Made by a program: the position numbers and the translations under genes
The notes under the pieces: generated by a model
What the model was told of the DNA's origin: nothing
Seen by the model: the letters and a program-made list of their open reading frames with translations, nothing else
The model's database searches: none
Source: Carcharhinus amblyrhynchos
Lineage: Eukaryota
Assembly: GCA_965287045.1 (NCBI GenBank)
Contig: OZ336895.1
Location: forward strand, 22,940,001-23,004,000
Direction: 5' to 3'
DNA length: 64,000 nucleotides
Shown here: piece after piece, positions 1 through 13,939 of the stretch
Numbering within the stretch: the stretch's first letter is position 1
Layout: each line of letters begins with the position of its first letter

Positions 1-291
1 GTTTGCCCACTGTACGCTTAAAATTCTAATGTGCAATTTGCTTTTAGCAATAGCTCCTAAAGTAAAGCCTCTCTGAAGGCAGCTATCAAAGGATATCTTC
101 CAGGCCAGCTGGTAAAGACCTTGATGTAGACTTTCACTTTATTTACAATTGGAAATGCCTTTTTCATATCACCACCGACAGCACAGTATCAACAGCATAA
201 AGCTCTGCTGATAGAATTAAGTGAAACTACTTTATAAAGCTGTTTCAGTGCTTACATAGACTAATCAAAGACTAAAATGCATTTTTTAATG

Positions 292-345
292 TTAATCTCT
301 ACCACCATTACATCCTAATTAATCTCTACCACCATTACATCCTAA
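292..345. repeat. Perfect 27-bp tandem duplication
   Basis: TTAATCTCTACCACCATTACATCCTAA x2 (292-318, 319-345). Confidence 0.95.
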
Positions 346-1705
346 CTAATAACTTGTTTGGTGATTACATAAAGGGCGTGGGACAATGAATTTGTTGCAG
401 ATAGTGAATTTAAGAAAGGAGTACTCAAATAAGCTGCTGGCCTTTAGCAAAGGGATTTTAGCTCTTTCTTGGTGATAAATACAGCTGTTTGACACAGTGA
501 GAGAGATTCTACTTTCCTTTTGCCCCTTCTCATCTCCCTATTCCTTCTCGCCATTCCAAACTACAGTCTCCACTGTTCCGCCTCCTTACAATCTAAGTCA
601 TTCATTTAAGCAGTGCTTCTATCAGAAGGTTTGTCTCATTTCTGCCAGTTTAGGTTGGCAGACCGGTGAAAGTCATCCTTTGAGGGGAGGGATATGATAG
701 CTCAACTACTTGAGATTTGAACTGAGTATCCTAGACAGAGGTCCAATCCTGGCACTGGTTCACCTGACTGTTACTACTTTGGGAAACTTAAAAATAAGTC
801 AAGATGATGACAGGGTAATACAAGCAGTGGCATCGTCTGGTGTGATGCATGTGCTTTAGGCTGCAATCTTTCACGTAATGAATTCTGAATTCCAGCTATG
901 GCATCTTCAGGAGTTGCTGCATGAAGGCCAAGAATTTACTCACGGGGAAAAGAAAACAAAAGTTGGAGGAAGGATCACCAGAGCTGTTCTTGTGCAATTG
1001 GCGAGTAGCATTGATAAGAGTCTGATGGCAGGTTATCTGCCATGTCTGGTAATGGTACAAGGCATGAAAGAGGAAATAATCTTAAATACAGAAACTAATT
1101 AAGACCAAAACAGAGGAAAAAAAGTGCAAAAATAAATGTAACTGAACATAAATGCTCACAAAATGAGTAAGACATAAAATACTAGGGCATAAACAAATAG
1201 TTTCTGCAAGTATGAAGCAGACTAACAGCCCACAGTGAGTTTCCAATGTGCTTCAATAGCAGAGTTCTGCTTTATAATCTAAAACCAGTCTTAGGTCACG
1301 TAGTCACTTCCATTAACAGTCTTGGTACGAAGCAAAAAAAAGAGATGATGGTGTACCTCTGCCCTGTTGAATAATTGAAGAATTTATAGAGTAGTTTTTT
1401 TTTAATTTGGTGGATACTAATAAGACATAAATTAATAAGAAAGCTGAAACACACTGTGTAGACAAAATATTTTTTTGCATAGATCCCAAATTCATAAGTC
1501 TCCCTTTATTGTGAGTATGCTGGTCTGAATAAATATTCTCATAGCCTTACATGTAGATAGCAGTCATTAAACAAATGAAAGCTAAAACTTTTCATTTCCA
1601 CATTTCATCGAAAAAGGTAAATAAAATTGAAATTCAAAAGAATAAAATAATAATGGGCTCATATGTAGTAGTATTGCTGTAGAGAAGATAGATCAGCTGT
1701 ATATA

Positions 1706-2002
1706 GTGGCACAGTGGTTAGCACTGATGCCTCACAGTGCCAGGGACACAAGTTCAATTCTGGCCTTGGGTAATTGTCAGTTTGGGGTTTGCACCTTCTC
1801 CCTGTGTCCGGGTTTCCTCCAGATGCTCCAGTTTCCTTCCACAGTCCAAAGATGTGTGGGTTAGATTGATTGGCCATGGTGAATTGCCCTTTAGTGTCAA
1901 GGGGATTAACAGGATAAATGCATGGGGTGCAGGGATAGGATTGTTGTTAGTGCAAGCTTGGTAGGCTGAATGGCCTCCTTCTGCACTGTAGGGATTCTAT
2001 GA
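1706..2002 (+). mobile_element. HE1-type V-SINE (tRNA-derived), CR1/HER1-type tail
   Basis: A box GTGGCACAGTGGTTAGCAC, B box GTTCAATTC, core GGGTTTCCTCC...TTTCCTTCCACAGTCCAAAGATGTG, tail GGCCTCCTTCTGCACTGTAGGGATTCTATG. Confidence 0.9.
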
Positions 2003-3326
2003 TATTTTGTTTTGGGGAATGGAGGATCAAGAATATGGAATTGCAACTATTCAACCCGCCTAATGCATTGTAATAGGGTGCACAATAATTCTGTATAATT
2101 TATTCTGACTAATGCATATTTTTAGAATAAATCATTTACATGCTGTGTAAATAGCATGTTACATGGTTGGTTTTCAGGTGTTAATTCCAATGTAAATACT
2201 GTTAGCCTGGGGGCGGAGGAGGGGGGGAGGCTGTGGAGAAATGAAGACAGACCGTGTGAAGTCCACCAAGCGTGAAAAAGCAGCATTTAGTCAGAAAACC
2301 ACATTCATAGTACAATGAAACACACAGCTCCTGCAGGCCTGCTGAAGAATAAGGAGTTTTTAATATGCTTTGCACTTACCTACAAACAGACTGATATGTT
2401 TACACAAGGTTCCAACTGCCATGAACCAAGAAATATTGTGAGAAATTCTGACTGCGTGAATATCAATTTCTGATTTTTACGCACACCTTGCTTAACTGGC
2501 CAGGGATGCACCACAGGTGAAACTGTTTGGTGTCGGAAGGTCTGGGGTGAGGAAAGAGTTGGGGAGGGGAGGGGTGCACATTGTGCCTGACTTCCTCCCC
2601 AGCTATTTGACTATAGTATCCAATATATTTTTCTGTTTCTCCAAAGCATTATTGTATTAGTGAAATTTAAAAATTTAAATCAGGACAGATTACAAGATTA
2701 TTGCTTTCTAGCACTGGCACTAAGTTAAAGATTGGGCCAAATTACAAACACAGGAACTGAACTTTGCTGTTTTGCTCCACTGGCCTGTGCAATAAATGGT
2801 TTTAGCAAAGTTTGTAATCTCACTACTATTAGCTGCAGTTTAATCCTGTTTTTCCCAACTAACAGATCTCTTGAATATGTCACACATCCCAGCAGGTCAC
2901 CAATTCAAATCACACGAACTTTTCCACAGCCAAATTACTCCACTCCAATCAGGTGACTTAAATGGTGCTTTGCAGGAAGATGAGACAGACAGCATCAGCT
3001 CCTCCCTCCCCAGAGGTGAAGATGAGCAAGAACAAAGCAGCGGGAAGATTTAAGTAACACACGTTATGAACATGAGCTGCACTTGATTTAAAAGGATGTA
3101 AAATACCATCCCGACTGTTGGATAGTCCCTGCAGCAAAGTGCTTTTAAAGATCAATCATCTACAGTGAACTTTCCTGAACTTAGTTGGAGCCGAACTGAC
3201 TAAGCGCATAGCTTCAAATAAACCCATCAGAACCACAAACTTATTCAGAACGTTAAATTTAAGATGTGATTACAGCTCTTAACTTATTTAGCATTTGCCA
3301 CAAACATTATGCTGCCCATATTCAAC

Positions 3327-3452
3327 AAGCGGGATTTTCCGGCCGCGTTCATTCCAACACAGGAAAATCCCAGCCGAAGTCAACTGACTTTTCCATGGCC
3401 GCCCGTTAGCCGCTGTGATTCCCGGGCGGGCGGAACGGAAAATTTGCCCCAA
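3327..3452. mobile_element. Short non-autonomous DNA transposon (MITE, probably PIF/Harbinger)
   Basis: Imperfect TIRs GCGGGATTTTCCG...CGGAAAATTTGCCC; GC/CpG-rich; similar copy at ~41420-41550. Confidence 0.65.
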
Positions 3453-3466
3453 CGTCTCTTAGATAT

Positions 3467-3661
3467 AGGCCAGAATCTTCCGACTGTTCATACCAGTGAG
3501 ATCTTATAGTCCCACAGAAGGTGCACCCCCGTCGCGGGGTTTCCCGATGGATGGGAAATTGCATCAATAGCGGCGGAACAATAAGATCCCGCTGCGAGCC
3601 CACAACGTGCTGCCTCCTGCCATGAGAAACATATCACGGGAAGGCCAGAAAACTTCCCTCA
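3467..3661. mobile_element. MITE (related GGC-ended family)
   Basis: Ends GGCCAGAATCTTCCG...CCAGAAAACTTCCC; internal GAGATCTTAT/ATAAGATCCC inverted match. Confidence 0.5.
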
Positions 3662-5907
3662 TAATCTTGAAAAACAACATTTTTGTTGTTTTTCACTTGC
3701 TGACTTTAACATATCTCCTTCAGGCCTAAACAAAGAAGACTATAGTTCATCACAATTGCTAATACTAATGGTTCATCCAAGACCGGACGATAAATATTTA
3801 GATCTAAAGGTGCCTTTTTCTGTTAAAATGACTCGTTTATACCAACGCTCTGTTTTTATGTTTAACATCCTTAAGCAGTTAACAAGATGGTACCAGATTT
3901 GAAATGGAAATAAAACCTTTTTTAAAATATATACTTTATGATTACGATATTGCTACAGACAGGGTTGGGAGAGAATCAAAACCTTTGCGCTCTTTCCCTT
4001 ACTGTCCATAATCAGTGTATTTTTTGGAAAAGGGGGTGTGCATGTTTCTCAACCACTGAATGTATCAACATTTTGTTAAGTAATCAGCAGCAAACTTCTG
4101 TGAGTTTTAATAAAGAGGATTATTTATTCACTCATTCACCCTGAAAGTCTAAACAATATGTCATTCACTCACACACACACTTGAAGAAGATAAAGTAAAA
4201 GTGCAGTATCCTTTTGGACAAGTTGTGTGCAAAAGAATTGCTCATAATGGTTGCCATAGAAAAAGCAGTCATTGTGGAACCATTGCAGAAGGCATCTCCA
4301 CTCCTGAAAGGTAGTCTAGATGATTTCAGTAGCTAGAATCACATTTCAGGATTACTGCAGGATTCCATAGAAAAGATGGATGTTCGGAAGGGTGCAAAGT
4401 TGTTCTCAGTGAGTGCTCAAGTTTCTGCACTGGCAGACTTTGAACAGGAACGGCTGGGAGATGTTTTCAAATATTACAGTCTTCAGATTTTCAAAGGCAG
4501 AGATCCTTTTTCTTTACAGTTGATGCTTCTTGCTGTGTTTCTTGGCAGACTGACCATCTCCTTTCTGATTTTTGAGATAATAGATTTGCTATCTGAAGAC
4601 AGTTTCCATCAGGTAACTATTTAATCAAATGCTCTATTGGCCACGCAGAATGCTTTAAAGCTTGAAGCCATTTCTATACAATGGAAAACAAATGGGGATG
4701 AGAGGAGGAGAGTAATTTCACACCCAGTTATGATATACTGACTCCTGCAGCTTTCTTTTGCTGATTATTAAGCTTGGAACCAGGGAGTCTTGGGAATCTC
4801 GGAGTCCATAAATTTTGAGTTGTGGGTGTGTCAACAAATAATTTCAGGTGTAAATCCCACAGATGGGTTTTGACTGGGTATGTCCATTCAAAGGCGAAGC
4901 TCCCCTACCTATGGTTATTCAAACAGAAACTTTCCAGAGACTTGAGACAAAAATCACCTGACCTTTGGCAGCCATCTTGGCAGTCTTGTTAGTGTCAGTT
5001 TTTAAATAAAAGTCAGTTCCAGACAATATATACTGAATACAGTTCATGTTTAAAAGTTATGAAAAGGGCATGCCTTCACTGGGTATGGCAAAATTAAATT
5101 TGAAATGTCTGCGCTGTATTTCTGTTTTGAAACATTGCCAATAATATCTGCTGGACATCAGCCATAGGGTACATTATGAACAGAGAATGAATCAAGTACG
5201 TGATGTGTTGGATTTTCAATACATCACAAAATACCATCTAGCACAGAGTTCAGAAATGGTATAACTTATGGTGTGATTGACTTTGTTTGCTGTAAGTTAG
5301 CAACTGGAAAAGTTTGTGGCTTATGTATGAACTGGTACTTGGTCTGTATTGAATCAAATTTCCATCGAATGCAGCCCAAAATGAATTCCATCGAACATTA
5401 CCATGGCATTTTGTTTCCACATTCAGTCAGATTTGTGCATTGCAGAGACAGAGTAGATCTAGCCGAGCCATTACTTTGCCAACCTTCATGGACAATGGAA
5501 CCTCCAACTTCAATCCCCCCACCCCTGGATTATACATTCCTGCTAATAAAGCATAATTATGTCCACAGGCCTTTGCATAACTGCCTGGCAATATATAATA
5601 TAGCAAATGGTACAGATCTACAATGAGCTTATTGCTGACCCCATACACCTGTGGCCCAATCATGTAATGGGGGATGGGGCGGGATTGTGCACACGTATGT
5701 GCTTGTGTCCAATTGACACTCCACATAAGGTTTGCTCTCGACCCCCAAGCTTGCAGGGCAGTGTCCACCTTGCCCAGTTTAATTGCCAAGGCACCAGTGC
5801 TGCCGGCTCACTGACTGGGCCAGCATCTTTGGGAGGCCAATTGCCATCGGCAATCAATTAGGAAGCTACCTCAGATAAAACTGCTGAGCTGGTCCTGCTG
5901 CTAACAT

Positions 5908-6040
5908 CAGGAGGATTAGCAGAGTAAATATGTGGGGTTACGGGGACAGGGCCTGGTTGGGATTGTTGTCAGCGCAATCTTGATGGGCCAAATAGCCTCC
6001 TTCTGCACTGTAGAGATTCTATGGTCTACGGTTCTATTCT
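5908..6040 (+). mobile_element. 5'-truncated HE1 SINE (3' part)
   Basis: GGATTAGCAGAGTAAATATGTGGGGTTACGGGG...CCTCCTTCTGCACTGTAGAGATTCTATG matches the 3' ends of the copies at 1706 and 19309. Confidence 0.85.
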
Positions 6041-6189
6041 AAGTACAAGCTCATGTTTCAAATTTCGTCCCCATATCAGATCCCAAAGTCCCAGTAAATT
6101 CCTGTCTATTAATCCAGCTCTATCTAGGCCAGAGATCTTCTGCATATCAGCTGATGTTCTGCCATATAGCTATTTAACAGGTAATACAG

Positions 6190-6505
6190 TGTTTGCTTAG
6201 TCCAGGTGGTACTACATTCTCCCTGCAGTCAGAAGGCTATGGTTTCAAATCCCAGTCCAAGCGTTTCAGCCTTAAACTAGACAGACTTTAGTGCAGGACT
6301 AATGTCATGTGATATTTTCAGAGTTGCCATTTGGAAGAGAAGTTAAACTAAAACCTATCAGCCATTTAACAGGCATTCAGGAGATCTCTTGGCATATTCA
6401 AAGGGCAGTACGTTTTCCTGATGTTCTGATCGCCATCCCTTCCTCCACACTAAAAACAGATGAAAGAATTATTCATCTCACTTGATGCTTGTGAGACCTG
6501 GGTTT
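6190..6505 (+). mobile_element. Old SacSINE1/DeuSINE-like SINE
   Basis: tRNA-like head (GTCAGAAGGCTATGGTTTCAAATCCCAGTCCA) followed by a degenerate Deu-like core (...GAAGTTAAAC...AGATCTCTTGGCATATTCAAAG...CACTAAAAACAGAT). Confidence 0.6.
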
Positions 6506-7254
6506 GGATATTCACTACATGGTGGAAGTCCCAGAAATGGACAAATATTCTAAGTCCTGTTCCCAAACTTGTATTTCTCATTTTCTTGGGGAGTGGAAGT
6601 GGAGCTGGGCAGGGAGTGTGGAATTCAGAATACAGCGGTAAAAGGAGGTTGGAATGCTTTTGATTTTATTATTATCTTTTATTTATTTAAACACAGTGCC
6701 AGGACACAGAGGCAAGCCTGCGCCCAGCCCATCTCAGCACCCAGCAACCTGCAAATTCACGTCAGGGTGGTCTGCTCTGAGTCCTGATTCCTCTTGGCCA
6801 AAAATCTGACCTACAGGCAGACATTTTTAAAGATTGAGTTTACTGAGCTGGGAAATGTCTTGACTCAATGCTCCCAACCTGGGACAAAGATTTGGGCCCT
6901 TGTAAGTGCAAAGCAATTATCATTTTTACCTACCTGAAACCAATGACTGTACTTGAATATTTACTGATTATATATTAAATAGTTGGAGAATGCCAGCTAT
7001 AAATGGCAGTTACAATATGCACCATGATGCAGCATGGCCATTCATAATTTCTGAATAAATACTGTAGCAATGTAAGCAGATTTGTGGTATATAGCAGTAA
7101 CTGCAAAACAGTTTGATATGCAACATTTATGTTGGGCTTTGGTGAGAATATACCCAAAGTAATGCATACAGTTTTGATCTCCATATCTAAGGAAGGATAT
7201 ATATGCTTTGACAGAAAGACTAAAAGGCCACAACAGTATTCCAGCAATAGCACT

Positions 7255-8966
7255 AAAGACTTGTGCTCCAGAACTTGCAGCGCCCCTAGCCAAGACCTCT
7301 CAGTATGGCTAGAACAATGGCATCTATCCAGCAACTTGAAAAATTGCCCAGGTATGTCCTGTACACAAAAAGCAAGACAAATCCATCCCAGACAATTACT
7401 GCTCCATCAGACTACTCTCAATTATCAGTAAAGTGATGGAAGGGGTCGCCAACAGTGCTATCAAGTGACACTTGCTAAGTAATACCCCGCTTACTAATGC
7501 TGTTTGACTGCATGCAGCATCAAGGAGCCCTAGCAAAACTGGAGTCAATAGGAATCAAGGGGAAAACTCTCTGCTGTTTGGAGTCATACCCAGCACAAAG
7601 GAAGATGTTTGGGGTTGCTGGAGGTCAATCATCTCAGCTTCAGGACATTATTGTCATTCAGTTCCTCAGGATACTGTCCTAGGTCCAACCATCTTTAGCT
7701 GCTTCATCAATGACCTTCCTTCTATCATAAGGCCAGAAGTGAGGTTGTTGGCTGGTGATTGCACAATGTTCAGCACCATTCATGATTCTTAAAATGTCCA
7801 AATGCAACAAAACTTGGACAATATCCAGTACTTAGCTGTCAAGTGGCAAGTAACATTCATGCCACACAAATGCCAGGTAAGGCCCATTTCCAATAAATGA
7901 GAAACTATCTGCCCTTGACATTCAACAGCACTAACATCCCTGAATCACCCAATACCAACACCTTGGGGGGTTACTATTGACCAGAAACTGACTTGGACTA
8001 GCCATATAAATACTGGGTGGAATTCTCCCAAAAAGACTTTTAAGTGCCGAATTCCTGTAAAAACTGGAGTAAATCCTGCTGCTTTTTTCAGTGAGATTTT
8101 CAAACTAAATCTCCCACATTCTATGCATCACAGAGAGCCTGAATGTGAATCTTGATAAAAAATCTGTGGGCCGGGCCTATCCCCACTGGACAGGCTGGCA
8201 GCATATCGCTGAGCAGGCCACTGCATGCGCTGATCTGCCATGGTGGAGATTTCTGGCACAGAGCTGACAACGCCAGAAATCCAGCGACTGGAGACATAGA
8301 GGCCGTGGCGCCCAGCAGGAAGCCCACCACACAGCCTCTGTTTCTGCTTCCTGGGAGAACCACCCTCACTATTGCTACAAGAACAGGTCAGAGGTTTGGA
8401 ATCCTGTGGCGAGTAACAAGCCTCTTGACTCCCCAAAGTCTGTCAACCAGCCACAAGGCACAAATCAACTGTGTGATGGAATACTCTCCATTTTCCAGTA
8501 TGAATGCAACTCCAGTAACTTTCAAGCAGCTCGAATCACTCCAGGACTGAAAAGCCCACCTGATTCCACACCATCCACAAACATTCACTCCTTTTACCAC
8601 TGATGTACAATAGCAGCAGTTTGTACCATCTACAAGATGCAGTGCAGGAATTCACCAAGGCTTCTTAGAAAGCACCTTTCAAACCCATGGTCACTATCAC
8701 CTAGAAGGATAAGTACAGCATCACATTGGAAAACCACTCTTTCAAGCCACTCACCATCCTAACTTGGAAATATATTGCCATTCCTTCACTGTTGTTGGGT
8801 CAAAGTCCTGGAATTCCCTCCCTAACTGCAGTATGAGTGCACCTACAACAAATGGATTCCAGTGGTTCAAGAAGACAGCTCACCACTACTCCTCAAGTAC
8901 AATTAGTGCTGGGCAATAAATGCTGGCTAAGCCAGTGATATCCACATACCTTAAATGAAAAAAAAA
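7255..8966 (+). mobile_element. Decayed CR1-clade LINE, RT plus 3' end, interrupted by a MITE
   Basis: Remnants of KIAQVCPVHKK, NY-PISLLSIISKVME, VPQ--VLGP, FINDLP and A-DCT motifs, with an A-rich tail at 8957-8966. Same family as 23535 and 24650. Confidence 0.85.
8015..8367. mobile_element. MITE nested in the CR1-clade LINE
   Basis: TIRs GGGTGGAATTCTCCCA / TGGGAGAACCACCC; ACT at both flanks (8012-8014, 8368-8370); the LINE reads through across it (ATAAATACT...ATTGCTACAAGAACAGG). Confidence 0.75.
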
Positions 8967-9559
8967 CTCTCATCTTCTTATGTTCTCTTAGGTGCCATCT
9001 ATAGTTGGGTCATCTCCTTCTTTTGGAGTACAGTTGTTGTCTAATATTGGCCTTTTTCTTGAGATATATCATTGTGCTACATTTGTTGCTAAGTCATATA
9101 GATTCTATATACAGACCTCTTCCTTGGTTACCGCAACTGCTAGGCACACTGTACTGCTTTATGGTGACATAAAGTCCCAAACAGTATATGCACAGTCCTC
9201 TGCTTTTGCACATATCAAACGAGAGGTTCAGGTGTTATGCCATCCAAACAGTTGTTTACAGGTTAAATTCCTTTCCTCTGTGCTTACTTTGTCTGTCACT
9301 GTTTCTTGGCCGCTACTTTATTTGCCCAGTTAATGGCTCTGGGTGTTTGTCAAGGATACTCATTAGGACAGTCTCAGAAAGTCTCAAGACCTCAACCCAG
9401 CAGGACATTATCAAGAATCATTGCAATCCTTTGGCACTGGGAACAAGAGAGTTGTCCTCATAAGATGTACTGCACTTGTAAAGCTCCAGTAAAGTCTCAG
9501 GTTGATGGAAGGCTGTCACAGAAGATAAAAGTAGTGAGAATTCAAAAATAAACTTTGAA

Positions 9560-10260
9560 TTTGATAATCAACTGGCAGAGAGAAAGAACACAGTTATTGC
9601 TTGTTAGGGGAATAATCTCAGGGCGAGGGGGAGGTATAGAGTTGAGTGTCCCAAGAATCAGTATTGAAGCCTGTATTATTTCTAAATTGAGTCAGTTGCT
9701 TGAATTCAGAAGTTCTGTGAAATTGGTTACATTTGTTAATACGGCCTGAACTGGGGGAAGGGTGAAAAATCTGCGGCAAGGTCAGAAGTACGAAAATGGA
9801 TGCAACAGTGGCAGGTGAAATTTAATACAGGTAATGTAAGGAATACTGCAAGGAAAAATCAGTTCCAAAAGTACTCTGTGGGTGGTGCAGAACTAATTAA
9901 AGGTGAAAATGAAAGAAAGCTGGTGGTAACAACAGATCTGGAACTTAACATCTCAAATAACTCTGCAGCAGGAATAAACAAAGTGAATCAAAAGCTAAAC
10001 TATATCGCTCACCAGTCAGATACAAGCCAGAGAGGGTTTCTTTTGCTGAAAATATTCAGTGATCTATTTCGACTGCGCTCTGAGCCTATCTCACGTTCCA
10101 GTCAGTAAGACAGAAAAAAGATATTCAACTCCTTATTAATCGGCAGTGGGGAACAATGAGGGCAGCCCTCACTATCAGGGCAGGCAGAGTCCTCAGACTC
10201 TGAGGAGTCTGTAATAAACATAAGACTGCAGAAACTTAGGATCCTCAGCATTGAGCAGGG
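9560..10260 (+). mobile_element. Ancient CR1 RT fragment
   Basis: Degenerate VPQ-S, WQVKFN and ER-L-V motifs (ORF 9800-10108). Confidence 0.55.
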
Positions 10261-12094
10261 AGTTCAAGATGCAAAACATTAAATCGGTATAGAAGTCAAA
10301 AACTGGGGTTCTACTTTTAAGGTGTTCCATGGCAGTAGAACGAGTGACAAAAGCTAAAGCTGGCACCAGATTCATTTTGAGCCAATTTTTTTTTCAGTCT
10401 TCCAGCAAAAAGTATGACACCAGTGAACTTGTGACATAGGGAATGAAGAATGAAAATTGTTTTAAAAACAAGTATGAGATTTAACAAGTAACAGAAACTT
10501 TCTCTAAAAAGCCATGATGGTAGAATTAACAGATTAGCTTTCATGAATTGAGTAACCGTATCTTACATTGAGTTGTAATTAAAAATATTCATCTGATGGA
10601 AAACGTTACTAAAAACAGTTTTCATAAAAATTAATGAGTAATAGAGAACCAGGATGCTTGGAAGGCAGTGTGTGTGTGAAATCAGAAGACTGTGGTGATA
10701 TCTGTTTATAATTTGCAAAGATAGTCTGACTAACCCCATTGAAATAATCCAGAAGTTTTTTTATGTTCTCCGTGTTCTAATTAGCAAATCATTCATCCGG
10801 ATTCTATTGCAAACAGACCTTGCAAGTACATTTTTAAGCCAATTCCTTCATTGTGGGTAAAATAGCCCCTTGGCCCTGGGTGCATGTACATTTTCCACAT
10901 TCACAGGGAATGTTATGGAAATGGGTGGGCAAGGATTAGTTAATACACCAGCTCTGAAACGGGTTCTGCTAATTCCTTGCAGGAAAGTGTCAGGAGCAAA
11001 TCTGTCAAGAGCTTCCTACTGGAACATCTGGATCAGAGGAAAGTTTCCATTTGTGGGGCTGGGGGGAACCCTACTATCAGTCAATGGAGGAGGTAGCCAA
11101 CAAAATAAAGAGTCTCCCATGGACATTGGTCAGGGCAGTGTTGAGGAAGAAGTTACATGGCTTATGAAAGAGCACTAAAATCCAAATAAATTGCGTGCCT
11201 TACCCTGTTCGAGTACTAAGCATCAATGGTGACACATCAGCAATGCAACATAGCAAGCTGTTTCAATCTCTCACATCACGGACTTCCAAAACAAGCATGT
11301 CTACAAAGTTTTAGCATCAATGTGAGAACAGCAAAAACAAATGGTCCTATACAGCATTCATACGAGCATCTTCTGTCTGCTGTTTTTAGCATTAAGCCAT
11401 TAACTTAAAATAGTCAAGGCTATTCTGAAGCAGCAAATTAAATGTCATAGTCTAATATTGGAAACTGTAATTTCAAGGCATGAACGTATGTGTGAAATCT
11501 TATCAGCTCTTGATATTTTCAGGTGTCGGGACAATTTGTGAGTCCTGACCACACGTGGGTCAGAGGTGTGCCATGTGCCAACATGTCCCAGAAAGCCACC
11601 TCCATATTCATTATTCAATAAAGGATGGCCTTATTTCTAGGACAGCTTGTGGGAGACTGGGTCTGGGAGTCTCTACTTGTCTTTACCCCTTTATTTCTTT
11701 TGTATGAGTATGCATATTATGACCGTTGGCCACCAGAAGCAGTTACCATCACCAGCATCCACTTTCTCCCCCACTCGCCAACCCTCTGTCCTATGATTGA
11801 AATGTCCCTTTATTTAATAACTGTTGGTCATCCTGCAGGACACAAGAGGCCCAATGGGAGGGCCTGTAGGATTAGTTGGCTGGCAGTCCCACTGAAAGAG
11901 ATTGACACAGAGCAAAAATGAGACACTTTTGAAAGGCTGAGAAAAGTTTATTAAAAAATTAAGGCATGAAACTATCATAGCTAGAATTATGGAGGCAGAA
12001 CCTCTGAACAAGAATATTTTGGCCATGGCTGCCCGTGTTCCAACTAGATGGCTTTATGACAGTGCTACACAGACTCCAAGGTATCACAAGACTT

Positions 12095-12365
12095 GGGCTT
12101 AGCACTGCTACCTTATAGCGCCAGGGACCCAGGTTCAATTCTCAGCTTGGGTCCTTATCTGTGAGGAGTCTGCATGTTCTCCCTGTATCTGCATGGGTTT
12201 CCTCGCTCTGAAAGGTGAGCTGGTTAGGTGCATTGACCATGCTAAATTCTCCCTCAGTGTACCCAAACAGGCGGCAGAATGTGGTGACCAGGGTATTTGT
12301 ACAGTAACTGCATTACAGTGTTAATGTAAGCCTACTTGTGACACTAATAAATAAACATTAAACTT
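12095..12365 (+). mobile_element. HE1-type SINE, alternative-tail subfamily
   Basis: Same head and core, but tail CCCTCAGTGTACCCAAACAGG...GTGTTAATGTAAGCCTACTTGTGACACTAATAAATAAAC. Confidence 0.85.
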
Positions 12366-13939
12366 TAAAACTTCCACAACGAGGTCACCTCTGATGCTCC
12401 GCCAGTCTCCTGACAGAGCGTGGAGCCCATCAATCTACAGAGTATCTCTTGGTGGTGGGAAGAGTCTGCGAGTTGATCCAAAGTGAACGTTCCAAATGTC
12501 AGCCCCCTCCGCCTCCCTTCCAAACCACCTCTGTGGGGAAGGTACAAATCTGCCCTTTGTTTCTTTTGATAATGAAGCATAAAAATCTAGAAACGGTAGG
12601 AGTGAATCCAACAGGAAAGGATAGGGTTAAGTTCCAACTTGTTTGATGTTCAGGAATTCTTAAACAGACAAGAGCTTGTGAGGTATCTTGGCTAGAGATA
12701 ATCAAATAAGGAATTACACATTGTCTTAAAAATTAATATTAAAAGCAAAAATCAAATTCCTGCTTACTTTGATGTTCAGGTACAAGGGTTTAATAAATAA
12801 GATATAAAAAATAGAGTATGTATTTATAGATCGCTTCACAGGATATGACAGAAGAAACCAAGAAAACATCTAATTAACACGAACCAGAACAAATGAAGCA
12901 ACTCATTTACTAAGGGAGACAGAGAGACAGAAGTGATCTGTAAAAGGATTAAAGTTTAATTCCACCGTGCAATAATTTCTGGGACTAAAACATTTGTATG
13001 ACATTTAATTAATACCATAGACTTAAACAGCACCTAAGAATGTAGCTGAATGCAGCTAAGACTGTGAGACTGCAATGCTTCACTGAATTGCATCATTTTA
13101 AGGTGAAAAACCTTGTGACACCTCGGGCCCTCTTGAAACCTTCTTTTTGTTTGCAAGAAAAAAATATTATTGTCAACAGTAGACCCAACCTCCCACCATC
13201 ACAAATTTACAATCTGACAGGTCTGGTAAAGGGGAGTTACGCACTATCTTATCAACATATGGAAAACAAAAGGTTAACGTGAGACATCTCTACTATAGAA
13301 AAGGAAAGGCCTATCATACTGATATTTCACAAAAGTATGTGACACTCTGATCAGAAAGGATCTTTGTCATTTGAGTTATAAGTGACCCATTTACCAAGTT
13401 ATTTTTTACACCACGCACTGCACACATTCTTGGCTTCTCTGAATGACAAAGGATATCAAACGTCATAGTTCAAGCTAAAGCGAGAATCAAACTTATTTGA
13501 AAGATCTGTAATTATGCAAACTAGAAGTAAAACAACACTAGTGCTTAATGCATACAATAACCATTTCACAAACAAGTGCCCAGACTTGTCCTTAATGATC
13601 ATAACATTGATGTTTCTTCACTTCAACATGTCACCTCACTTCTCCAAAAAGGCCTTTAACAATCGAGATCAAAGCAATTCGTATCTACCAAGCATGTGAC
13701 TATGTATTAAATCAATTTTAATTTCTCAGGAAATTACAAGGATGAGCTGCAGACTGCTGACATTTGGAAAGGTTTTCTTATCTCTTAAAATCTGACTTGG
13801 ATGTGAAATTACTTGGCGTCCAGAATACCTTTTAATGACCATTATGGGCCTGTTATCTTCACGTACACCTTACATTTTAATTTCAGGAGAGAATTCCTCT
13901 TGCAGTTCAGAAATTACTTCTTTCTAGAAGACCTTTGTG

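Noticed and set aside
1706-1770. tRNA genes
   Set aside because: The A/B boxes belong to SINE heads; there is no complete cloverleaf.
2209-2575. G-quadruplex-like G runs (2209-2230, 2544-2574)
   Set aside because: Short G-rich tracts are common and nothing else indicates function.
4190-4700. Possible minus-strand exon (acceptor TTTTCCATTGTATAG near 4675)
   Set aside because: All three frames stop within about 60 nt and there is no NFI similarity.
4727-5060. Solo LTR
   Set aside because: It has an AATAAA and LTR-like composition, but I could not define TG...CA ends or a TSD.
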